Part shown: in pieces, positions 51,164 through 62,400 of the stretch
Layout: the number at the start of each line of letters is the position of its first letter
Numbering within the stretch: position 1 is the first letter of the stretch
NCBI GenBank assembly: GCA_900088475.1
Contig: FLMG01000355.1
Span: 186,001 to 249,968, forward strand
Origin: Hyphochytrium catenoides
Taxonomy: Eukaryota > Protista > Hyphochytriomycota
Direction: 5' to 3'
DNA length: 63,968 nt
Program-made: the position numbers and the translations under genes
Notes under the pieces: generated by a model
Databases searched by the model: none
What the model was told of the DNA's origin: nothing
The model's input: only the letters and a program-made list of their open reading frames with translations

Positions 51164-51524
51164 AAGAGAGAGGGGTGGAGAGAGAGAGAGAGAGACAGAC
51201 AAACCAGCAGACAGACAAAAGGAAACAAGAACGTAAGAAGAGCGGACAAGAGAGAGAGAATCCCTTTCGATGGAGTACGAAGGCCGTTCAAACACGGGGA
51301 GCACGGGAGAGAGAGTGCGTAAGAATGGGGAGATTTTTATTGACAAAACAAGGATCTTTTCTTCTTCTCTCTCTTCCCCTTGTCAGACGGGCGAAGAGAG
51401 AAGGAGAGAGAGAGACAGTCGCGAGTGGAAGTCAAGCAAAGAGAACGCTAACCCGTCAACAAATTGTCGCAGAACCTCTCCTTTCCCATTCTCTCTTTCT
51501 CTCTCTCTTTCTCCTCACTCTCTC

Positions 51525-51563
<39 letters not shown>

Positions 51564-51747
51564 TCTCTTGACTCTTTCACAAGCAAGAAGGGAGAGACAG
51601 AATCCGTCCTTAGTAACGGTGAAAGAAGGGGTCTGGTCCCAGCTTCTGAAGGATAGCGGAGGAGGATCTGGGAAGGATGGGGGAGACTCTCTTCTACAGC
51701 AAACTATCAAGGAACATCTTCAAGGCAAAGGTACTAGGAGAGGGAAC

Positions 51748-51796
<49 letters not shown>

Positions 51797-51960
51797 CGGG
51801 ATAAGGTGCAACCCTTTCTAGCAATCACATGGGACGCATTGCTGGAGCTAAGAAGCTCATCATTCAGCCAAGGGACTGACCATCAGCGCTTAGTAGCTCT
51901 TCTCTCTCTCTCTCCCCTCTCTCTCTCTCTCTCTCTCTCTCTCGTTCTCTCTCTCTCTCC
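51120..51960. repeat. Cluster of alternating (GA)n and (CT)n tracts
   Basis: GA about 51131-51200, CT about 51480-51560, GA about 51747-51792, CT about 51900-51958. Confidence 0.9.
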
Positions 51961-54900
51961 GCGTTCCCCTTATCTTTCTTAGACTCTGTCTCTGCCTCTG
52001 TTCTTAACTTTCCCGCTTGTGGGACGGGCAAGAAAGAGACGATCTGGCGAGTGATGTTCACACGGTTTTTATTTTGAAATCAAGACCCGTTAGGCATCAC
52101 GTTGGATATCGTCGAAAGGGCTTTTAGAAATTTGAATTGCTAAGGCCGTTAATGACTGGAGTGCGGGTAGGAGCCTTTTTGACTGGAGGTAAGAAGCACA
52201 GCAGCCATAGATCTTAGAGGTTTTAGCATGAGGATGGGTAGGCCTTGAGGGGCCATCTCGCTCCTAACTAGCCCACTAATTGAACCAAATCCTGGCCTCT
52301 CATTCTGTCACAATCCCCGAATAGCCAGACCGCAACCCATTAGGGTACCCGAGTAATTTTGTGGCATCAAAGAGATACACTGTCTATTGCCCCTTTGGAC
52401 CAACATATGACTTGGTCTTCAAAGGGTATTATGGGTAGACACCTGGGTAGACTCAATGGTCCGATAGACGTGACTGCCCCATGGCAGTTACAAGCAGAAC
52501 AGAATACCTCTGATACCCACACAAAGGCCGAACCCCTCCAGCTGAAGACAATCCCCGAACCAGAAACCAGAACCTGTCTTTGTCGTAAGCCCTATTCCTG
52601 AAGAATGGGGCGTCCCATCTAGAACAATCATGGGGTTTGAAACGTGCTGAATGCGAATTTGAACAAAACGGCGATTTTAATATTGGCAGGAAGGTACCCT
52701 GCAACCGGGAGAATTCTCCAAGGAATGTGATGTTCCTGTCGCTTTTAGTTCAACTCTTAGACGCCTTTACGACCACAGAAAGAGGGGTCCAATTATTTGG
52801 TGAGGGAAAGTTAGCAATGATGGAGGATGGAGGGAGCGGGCTCTATGGAACTACACAGTACATAACAACAGAGGTTCTGATTGAAGATGTACCAGAAGGT
52901 GGAGGAGCAAGATCGATGATGATCTATCTCTCTACTCCTCACTAACAATGAAGCAGGAGGGAAACCTCTTCTACTAATAATAACACAGGTTATTCCTCCG
53001 ACTTTCTTGTACTATAAGTCCGCGGCCATGATGTCCAGCCGTCGTCTCCTTGTTCATAGCTTTTCAGTGGCTCCATTCTTCTCAGATTTTCAAGGCCTTC
53101 TCTCAATTCTTCTTCAACAATCTTCTATTGGAAGAAATGGTGGATCATCATATCATGAGCGAAGGCTTTTATACGAGTCGAGGAAGAAGAAGCACTTCTT
53201 CTGACGATTGCTTTGCTTAGAACATCTCTTCCTGCTCTGATGTCCTGCTATGAAATATTCTCATGTTGGACAACGGAGAGGAAGAAGTTCGGAACAGCTT
53301 GGGATCGCGTTCATTCTGAATGGGCCTTTTGCGGGCAACAACAAGTAGCCGCTTTGAAGGGATTAGCGACCTGTGGGCTGGAGGAGAGTGGCTTATTCAG
53401 GTTGTTGCTGCTACTACACTGCTGAATAGTAGAGTTGTACAAAGGGTATGCTATGCTTTTTAAATGATGATGATGCAGCAAAGTAAAGGTCTCGTAGTCT
53501 GAAGAAAATCCCTGTAACCCCACTGGCGATGGCCATGATGACCGAAGACGGCAAATGTTGGTCATCTACTTCTATTGTGCTCTCTAGTGGCGCGGTAAGT
53601 AGAAGCTGGAAGGAAGAAGCACACTCGGGAAGATACGTATCCACCTTATCGTTCAGTGCACTAATCCGACGGGCAGCTCCAGCTTGCTAGTCCTCTCTTC
53701 TGCTGTCACGTCGTCCATAAAAAGACGAAGGAGCGGCTATATTGGTCATCCTTATGTCCTGGATCGATACCAATCTGTGATGAGCAAGGTTAAGATCCGG
53801 CCAAAGGTCCGCAACTGTACTCTGTCACACCCGAAACCGAACATCATCCTTCACTGCTAAAATTGTCAGTCAGAGGACTGGCTCCTTAAGTATGTCCATA
53901 GTAAAGTAACCGCTAATGAGGAGATCAGGCCACATTGCTGCCGCCACCGATTAGTGCAGGTTTAGAAGAATGAGCCTAAAGCAGAAACTAATTAGCAGCC
54001 TTGCAGCCAAATTGACAAGGAAAGTATAACTCTTAACTACTCTCATCTTTCCGGGGACGGTTGCCTACTACACTACTAGAAAACATCGCTTTGATGTCCT
54101 GTTGGTTGAAAAGGTACCTGCAGGAAGTGGCATTCTCCATTGGCACATAGTTCTAATAATGGATGAGTAGGACTATAATAGCTGTAGAACTAGAAATGCC
54201 GCCGTCGCAACCAGTATGGGTGACCTCATCCCCTCCTCCTCCTGTTGGCGACTCGAGGGTCGAAGAGGCACCCCACGACGTAGCTCTCTTTCATCAAAGG
54301 GTTGGAAGCAGTCCACGAGGAGGAGTCGTCCAGTAAAGACAAGAGAGCTAGCAATCTTTACTGTTGCTCTCAAGATAAATAAATCTGACAGCCCCCTCTC
54401 CACGGGTACATTTTCTTTTTAGCCGTGTGTTCGGCTGCTGTGTGGATGCCGAAACACACAGAAGCAAAAAGAGAGTAGAAGCTGCAATATCGCGGTGTCT
54501 AATTCTCGAAAACTATCGAAAGCACTGATGAACAGGTCTCATACCATCCAAGCTGACGTCCTCAGCCTCCTCCTTTAGTTTTGAAAGCGCTGAGCCTTGT
54601 TTGCTATATGTAAAAGGCGCGTGGATGTGGACCTACTATCTGCCAAGTGGTGAGTACGAAGGATAACTAGTACTTTTAGGCACACTTAACCGTGAGAAGA
54701 ACGACACCCGCCTGATTAAGAATTGCTCTCCTCGTCTTCCGCATTACGTTGTCGTCGCTACGAGAAGGTAGAAAGGAGTAGATACCTGCTCAACGGAGCG
54801 GGCGCTTCCAGGTACGTTACCGTTTGGAGGAAGAGAATCCGAAAAGGAGAGCCTGGGCCATCGCTTCCTAGTAGTACTTACTTCTCCGTCGTTGAACTTT

Positions 54901-55692
54901 ATCTCTCTCGTTCAATGCGGTCGCTCATTCAGCTGGGCACTGCATCTGTGGTCACTTATCCGCTCGCTCCCACTGCATCTGTGAGCACTTCATTCGACTC
55001 GCAGCTAACAAACTTAAAAGGGAGAGGAAGAATCTTGAACTGTCGTCTATGCTGGATCATGATGGGCAGCAAGCAGAGCTGCAAGCAGTCTCTTCTGCTT
55101 GTTGACGACATTCCAGTGGTTTTCTTTTGCTTTACTTGTAGAAGGGAGTTCTACTGCAAGTGCTTGCTTTGCAGTCTGCAGCTACCTCCTACAGCGGACC
55201 ACCGCCACCTGTCATTGCACGTCATATCCATATAAATCCTTGGCAATCCCTTTTGCCAGGTAGGTAAATAAATAGGAAGCACATGGATTTGAAATATCAC
55301 CGATTTCTCGTCTTTTGAATCTCCTTTTGTGGAAAAAGTAATGATAGTATTCGGAATAGCGTGTAGAGATTAGAGATCTCGATAGGCTCACGTCAGGCTC
55401 CTTGACCTTTCATTTCGACGGATTCTGATGCTCTCCCTACTCTCCAAGGCAAAGCTGCATGTAGAACTAGGTCGTCGGACGGCCGGGGGGCAGGGCGGCC
55501 AGCAGCACGGGTGCGCGTCGATGGAGAGAAGGTAACTCATCCTGAGAGCTGAAGACCTGGACGAGACGAAGCTATGCTGCTGGCTCATTCTCCTTTATAG
55601 ACTACTGTACTTGACACTCATTAAGACGCAAAGGGGACTTCACCATTGGTATTATCTTGGTTGGGCAGGCTGCGGATCACCGTGACTAAGTT

Positions 55693-57673
55693 ATGAAGAA
55701 AAACTCTGCGATCTTAACGGTTTCCCAAACTCTATGGGCTCTCTCCCTTTTGCTTGGGCTATCTACTTCACTGTTTGAATGCTTTAAAGTAGACGCAGCT
55801 TATTCTGCACATACGGACACAAGGTTGTCCGAGAAATCGGCAGCCCCTCTGTTTACCCCAGAATTGGCGAACGTCGTGCCAGCCTCCATCCATGATGGAC
55901 ATAACTACCTCTATGGTAGGTTCACTGAGCCCATCAGGAAGGTTGATTTTTTGAGGTCGAACGGAAGCGTATCGTCTGGCTTCTCTGAGTTCTTTACGGC
56001 AAAGAACTTCCACTATGCATCCGTCTCAACGGACAAGTATATGCTGGCTTTTGCCATAGTCAATGTAGGCTGCATGTTAACAAGGCTTCTGCCATTGATG
56101 GTGCGCCACTGACGACCTTCCCTTGAAAGCTTAACTACGCTGGGGCAGCCTTCGTCTACGTTGTTGATAAGACTGGACCAGAACACGATAAGTTTGAGTA
56201 CACAGGTAACGGTACCGTTTTGCAACTTTCCCTGACATGTTCTCATAGCTGGCAACCATACCTTTTAGCAACGCTTCCTCTGGCGGCCGGAATCCGCATG
56301 GCCCCTAGCTCAATTGAGGTAGATGGCATATATCTGTTGGTCAGTGGCACGACTTCGATGCCAGTCTTTCATGATGCTGTTTGTTAGGGTTGCTCCACAT
56401 ACAAGACCCTTTTCGGTACATCAATATCTGCCTGTTTTGATGCTGAGAAGGCGGCGTGGACGTACGACGTCGCAGCTTCCCTGGTAGGTACTGAGAAGCA
56501 CGACAGACTGTGTACAGCTAGACTGACCCACATGAACCGTAGTCGAACGACAAGGATGGAACCAAAAAAGACTTGAAAGCGCATTATGAGATGGCTAGCA
56601 CAGAGTCCCTGGTGATTCTCTTCCCGCTATCAAATGACGCCTACCGTCCTGCCTACGTACACAAGGTGAGCGGCCTCATGACCAATTCTCTTTAATTGTA
56701 CCCACCAAAGTTTTCATTTATAGATGGCGGGAGCCCCTTGCAGCGGGAGAATAACTCTGGATGGAGAAGCCTACGACTTTGATGACGGCCTCGGAGTAAT
56801 CGGTAATAAGACTAGTGCCTATTCGTAGTATTTATTGCTGGCCTTTGACATGAGTAAAGATTGGACCAGAAGCTTAGCGTTGAGAAAGACAGAATGGAAT
56901 TGGGCATCGTCCGCATTCTTCGCAAAGGTAAACATCAAGAAGACTCAAACGGTACGTAGTGTCTCCTCTCTTATTGATGGTTAACTCGGCTTGTCTGAGC
57001 TTTCCTTTGATTGTTTCCACTAAGGATGGTACGATAGAGACAACGAGCAAGCGGAGCTCTGTAGGGATTAACCTCAGCGCGAAAGTGTATGACATAGGTT
57101 AGTCCCTTGCCTGGTCGTGAATAGCGACCAAAGAAGACTAACCAAAATCTGACAATGTCTACTAGAGGGCCAGTCTCAAGAAAATGCCGTCTGGATAGAC
57201 GGAAAGGTGTTTCCAGTTCAAGGGGTAGAGTTCCACGTGCCTCAGGTAACTATTCAAAGCATCTAGCCAGAGTGATATACCATGACGGCATCTAATGAGA
57301 CCGATTACTTCATGTCTACGCAGACTCTTGCCGAGTCCCAATGGAGGATCAGCAGCGTTTCCTCTACCACTGACCTGTCGGAGTCTCACAGCCACATGTA
57401 ATGATTCCCACATCAGGAGCTAATCAAGTCTTTCTCAAGCTGACAGCTGCCTATTGCAGGGGTGCATCAATCAACTTGAACTTTACACCCAAGGGAACCC
57501 GCGAGGAGCATGCAAATCTCTTCGTCGTTGTGTCAGACTTTGTTCAGCCTTACGGAAAGTTCAATGGGATGATCAAGCTCAAAACAAAGGATAGAGATGG
57601 CACACTAACGGAAATGGAGATCCAAGTTGACTCTGCCTATGGAGTTGTAGAGGACCACTATGCCCTTTGGTAG
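55693..57673 (+). CDS. DUF2804-family protein with N-terminal signal peptide, 11 exons
   Basis: Ten short phase-consistent GT-AG introns. Motifs K.FHYASV, LAFAIVNLNYAGAAFVYVVD, AYVHK, GVIDWTRS..RKTEWNWAS, GINLS, ENAVWIDGK, LNFTP.G.REE..NLFVVVSDFVQPYGKFNG, GVVEDHYALW* match the DUF2804 pattern as recalled. Confidence 0.82.
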
Positions 57674-58314
57674 GCCCGACAGTAACTGCGGACTCTCCTG
57701 CTCTGATGCGGTGGTTCCTATCCATCTTCGGGGCCTCTTGTGACCTCACAAAGAAAAAAGTGGATGAGCAGGACCCATCATTGTTGTGCGACCCAAGTGC
57801 ACTGTTTACGCCTCAACCACGATCAGGCACATCATCAAATTGATCAACAGTCTGTGATCCAGGATAGAGGGGCTCCACATAAAGGATAGAGCGAACGCCG
57901 ACTCCATTTATTCCTAATCTAATATTGGGTGTTACAAAACTTGGAGAGCGATGAATGATTCTGATGGAGTAATCTTTTCCGAAAGATACAATGTGTTGAA
58001 TGTTTCGTTTCCCACTCATAGAATGGCCTTTCTCCCAAGGAGGAAAAATGCGAGTTGGAAAGCTTCGTAGATGCAGGTTCAATCCTTTGAGATGATGGTT
58101 CTGATGATGGGGCTACCGAGCGGGGGCGAGGAACAAACGCTCTCCAAGGTCGCTTGCGCGGGCACTTTCTCGCTCTCTTTCCTCTCAATAGNNNNNNNNN
58201 NNNNNNNNNNNNNNNNNNNNNNNNNNNNNNNNNNNNNNCATTTTTCTCGCTCAATGTCTAGTCACTCCTAAAGAATTAGGTGATGTAGCCATCTGGGTAC
58301 ATTAACCTGACAGA

Positions 58315-59443
58315 ATGATCTCGGATATTGTGCTGAGAGCAGCAGCCCTCTCACTATGCCTCAGCATTCTCACCATTGAGGGCATCATCCCTCTTGTTCA
58401 TTGCCAACCTCAAACCTTTAGCCCATCAATATGGGGTTCGATCCTGGATTCCCAGGTGGCTAAGCCATGGCCTCAGGGGCACGGTCGTGACCCCTGGCAC
58501 TCCTTTATGAGCCCCTTCATCTCTCCTTCGTTAAGCAAGCTGACCGTCAACTCGAAGACGCCTTCTGTTCTTTTAGGTGGCTACGTGACCGGCTCTGTTG
58601 CCGCCATAGACACGAATGATGCCATTTACATTGGCACTTCGGACACGATTGCAGGCACTGGCACATTGCAAGGGCTCACCTCCGACGGCCAAGGTATCAA
58701 AATTCCTAGTGGAGGCGAGTTCAAAATCCCACTCGGTCAGGTCACTGGCAGCCCAGTTATCGTGAATGTCGGCAACGCCACATACATCATAGGTACCGCT
58801 GATACACTCTCGTTCTTCTTTGTCTACGGTGTATACTTTTTCTTCTCGCTTACCGGCCCTTTGGTCTAAGATACCCACGCCATGTGATACCACTAGCTGC
58901 TCAAGTCTCATTTTCACTCTTCTCTTAAGCTCCGTAAACCCTTGCCCTGCCTCAGGTAGCCCTCCCTTATTGTCTCCTGTCAGACTTGTTGTTCTTTTAC
59001 TTGTGCCTCCTCCTGTCTCTCATAGCGTTTATCACTTCCTTCGTGCTGTCCACCATTACCCTTTCTTTATCTCTTGTGCTAGGTCTCTAATAATTCCGTC
59101 ATTTCGCAGTCGGCGATGCTAAGCTAAACGAGCAGCAGCTAGATGACAGTCATGTCACTGCAGTTGATAAAGAAGGGAACATTGTATGGAAGTACCCGCC
59201 CATTGACCCTCTCTCTTCCCTGCCATCCCGTTTGGGCAGAGTCTCGAGCTCTATCGCTTTGGGAACCCTGGGAGTATATTTTGGGACATACGGTAGAAAT
59301 GAACCAAGCCTTCTTTACTCCTTGGATCTTAATGGAGTTCTTCGATGGAGCAGGAACATATCCGCACCCCAGGTGAGGCCGTCTTCGGGATGGTGAGCAA
59401 GTATAACGATGATCATGATTATCCCGTCTGGGGGAGAGAGGGA

Positions 59444-59485
<42 letters not shown>

Positions 59486-62400
59486 GGGTGAGCTTTACCA
59501 TACCTCGTGGCTATCTGGATGCTAACTTTCTCACTATGCAGCTATCGACCCCGCTTGTCATTGGCAACACGATCTATGTCTCTAATGGCGGTCAGCTCTT
59601 TGCGCTCCAGGACAGCGAGCAAGTTGGCACTACTCAGCGCCAACCTACAGAGCTCTGGAGTGTCTCTCTCTCCATCTCCTCTCCTTCATTTTCCACTACC
59701 AGGGCCGCCGAGGACCAGATGTCTTCCCCTACCCTTGCCCCGAACGGTCTCCTCTATATGGGTACACCACAAGGGATGATAGCTGTAGATATCAAAGATG
59801 GCACAATTGTACACACCTTCCTCACTAGCGACCCAGTGTTAGCTAGCGTGGTGATGGACCCTACCAGGAACATTACTTATGTGGCAACCACTGGCGGAAG
59901 ACTCTATGCACTTTCTTCCTCTATGAAAGAGATCTGGAGTTTCGCAGCTTACGCACGCATTCGCACTACTCCTCTCATATCGCCTGATGGGACTGTCCTG
60001 ATAGGTACGCTAGGGTGTACAACTGAAAAGTAGAATAGCATGAGAGAGAGAGGCGCTGAAGAGGAGAAGGAGGACTCGGAACAGGCAGAGAGTCAACTAT
60101 TCATTAACGAAAGAGAGGCAGGCATCTTTTGAAAGGGGCAATGATGGGTGCTGAGAAGGAAAGCGTAGCTTAACACTGTTGATTACTTCCTGCACAGGAA
60201 CTGATGGCAACGGCACGGCAAACCCTACAGTCTGGGCCCTAGACCCATACGGAAGGAAGATGAAAGACAAGAAGACGATGATCCCCATTGCCCGCTACAC
60301 TTTCGACTCTCTCACCCCATCTGACTCCTTCTCTGGCGGTTTCTCAGTTCTTGGTGATGGTAGAGTCTCAGTTGGTATCGCAGATCGTCTTTATTTCCTT
60401 GGAGAGAAAGGCGGATGCCCCAAAGGAACGTTCAGGAATAATAACTTCACCCAGAACAGGGAGTTCTGCATCCCCTGTGGCTCAGGAGACTACAGCGATG
60501 ACATAGACAGCCAGTGAGTAGCCCAACTGCAGAAGAGTGTCGTCATTTAGTTGACCGGGACAGGGCTAGAGGGACAGAAGATAAACGGGCGCGAAGTTAT
60601 TGACCTACTGACACGCTTCCGACCTTGATTGTGTTTATGCGCAGAGCTTGTAGTACCTGCGAAGCTGGCAGCTGGGCCATGGGCGAGGGAAAGTCCTTCT
60701 GCTTTGTCTGTGAGATCCCGCTGTGGTGCAAGTACGAAAATTTGACAACGATGTGTCACTTCTTCCCACCCACTATAATCTGTTCCCAGTTACCCATGCT
60801 TGCTCGACCGGAGATTGGCTCATTCCTTCAAGCTCACCTTATAACTCCTTTGCTCCGCCTCACCCCTTCCGCTCCAATATCTCACTACTTTATCTCTGCC
60901 TTCCTACTCATATCTACTTCTCCCGTACGTGCGCTGCGCACTATGGTCATACGAAGTGGGTCCGATCAGTGCCAGGACGGCCGCAGTGGTACTGCTTGCT
61001 CTGCCTGTGAGGAGGGCTATTATCACATCAACAAAGCCTGCAAGAAATGCCCAGAAGACAGCACCCTCACCTCTACTGTCGTCATTATAGCAGTCATACT
61101 CTGCTTAGGGTTCATTTGGAGGTACACAGGGCTAAATGCGTACACTACAGGCACGAAGTTCACACAAGAGCTTACCACAGGCAAGTGGAACGGCATCAGC
61201 AAATGAAAGGGAGAGAGAGAGCCGGGTGGTGGCTCTCTGTTTCCGTGACATAGGTTAGGAACCGTAACCTGTCAAGAAGTACGCTTGGCATGGGGACGGC
61301 GACATGTTCGTGAAGCATGAAACATTGTTTGTCCTAACGCTAGACGATCCATGGATTCAGGAGATAAGATAAGGGTCATGATGAGAGGAGACAATGGCGC
61401 ACTGCAGCAGATAGAAAGGACCATTGTGAAGATCAAGCACGACAGCTTCCTCTACGTGGACTCACCCTTTTCGACTGATGAGGTAAGAGTAGACAACTCT
61501 AGTTTCCCCGCCTCCCTTTCTTCTCCTGTCTCTCTTTCTCTCTTCCACACTCTTGTGGTCAAGGCCTGTCTCCGCCTCTTTCTGCTCTTGTTCGGTCACA
61601 CTTATGCCGCTTCCTCAGCTGAGTCATCTCTACGGTGCTCTGGTGTTTCTAGTTCCTGTTCTCACTTATGGTCTCTTCGTTTCGTCTGCCTCGTCTGCCT
61701 ACGTTATCCTGCGTATCTTCTCTCTTTTGACTGCGCCGCGTTCCTATCAGACAAAAAATGTCCGATGGCAGTTCTTGAAGTACTCTGCGAGCGGGAAGAG
61801 TCGCTGGCAGCCAGGCACCGGCCTAATATCCATCAAGCCTAAGAGAAAAGAGGAAGAAAAGAAGGCAAAGAAGAAGGACAAGCTCTTCGTCCGCTTGTGT
61901 GACAAGCTAAATGGCAGGAAGAGATCTACAGAGAATCCTAAGGGAAAGCCTGCCATTGTGGAGGAAGAGGTTGTAGAGGCGAACAGTGAGCAAGAGAATA
62001 GAGGAGAGAAGACACAGACAGCTGTAAAGAAGGAAGGCAGCAAAGCCGTGGAAGAAGGAGGTAAAAGCGGGGACGAAGTCCGAGAACCAGAAGGCGTGGA
62101 GCTGACAAAAGCTCCACAGCCTCAGAGGTAGGCCAGCTCCTAGCTTCTTAGAATCTTACCCCTTTCACTCTCTTGTATCTCTCAGATGCTCTCTCTGTCT
62201 ACCTCTCTCGCTCTCTCTTTCTCTCTCTCTCGCGCTCGCTCGCTCGCATTTTCTTCACTTAGCTCCTTTTCTCTTCTTTTTTTTGTCTCTCCCGCATCTC
62301 TGGCTGATAGAGTCCCTTCCTTTCTCATTAACTCCAAGGTCTCCACGACGCGGTGTACTTGTAGACGCGGAGAACCAGCAGGAGGTGGTGGGAAGAGTGA

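Noticed and set aside
50980-51804. 274-aa ER/LS-rich ORF and many similar SLSLSL/RERERE ORFs
   Set aside because: Translations of GA/CT microsatellites, which lack stop codons.
57813-58254. Short minus-strand ORFs between DUF2804 and the receptor-like gene
   Set aside because: No recognisable motif, adjacent to an assembly gap, and no consistent splice model.
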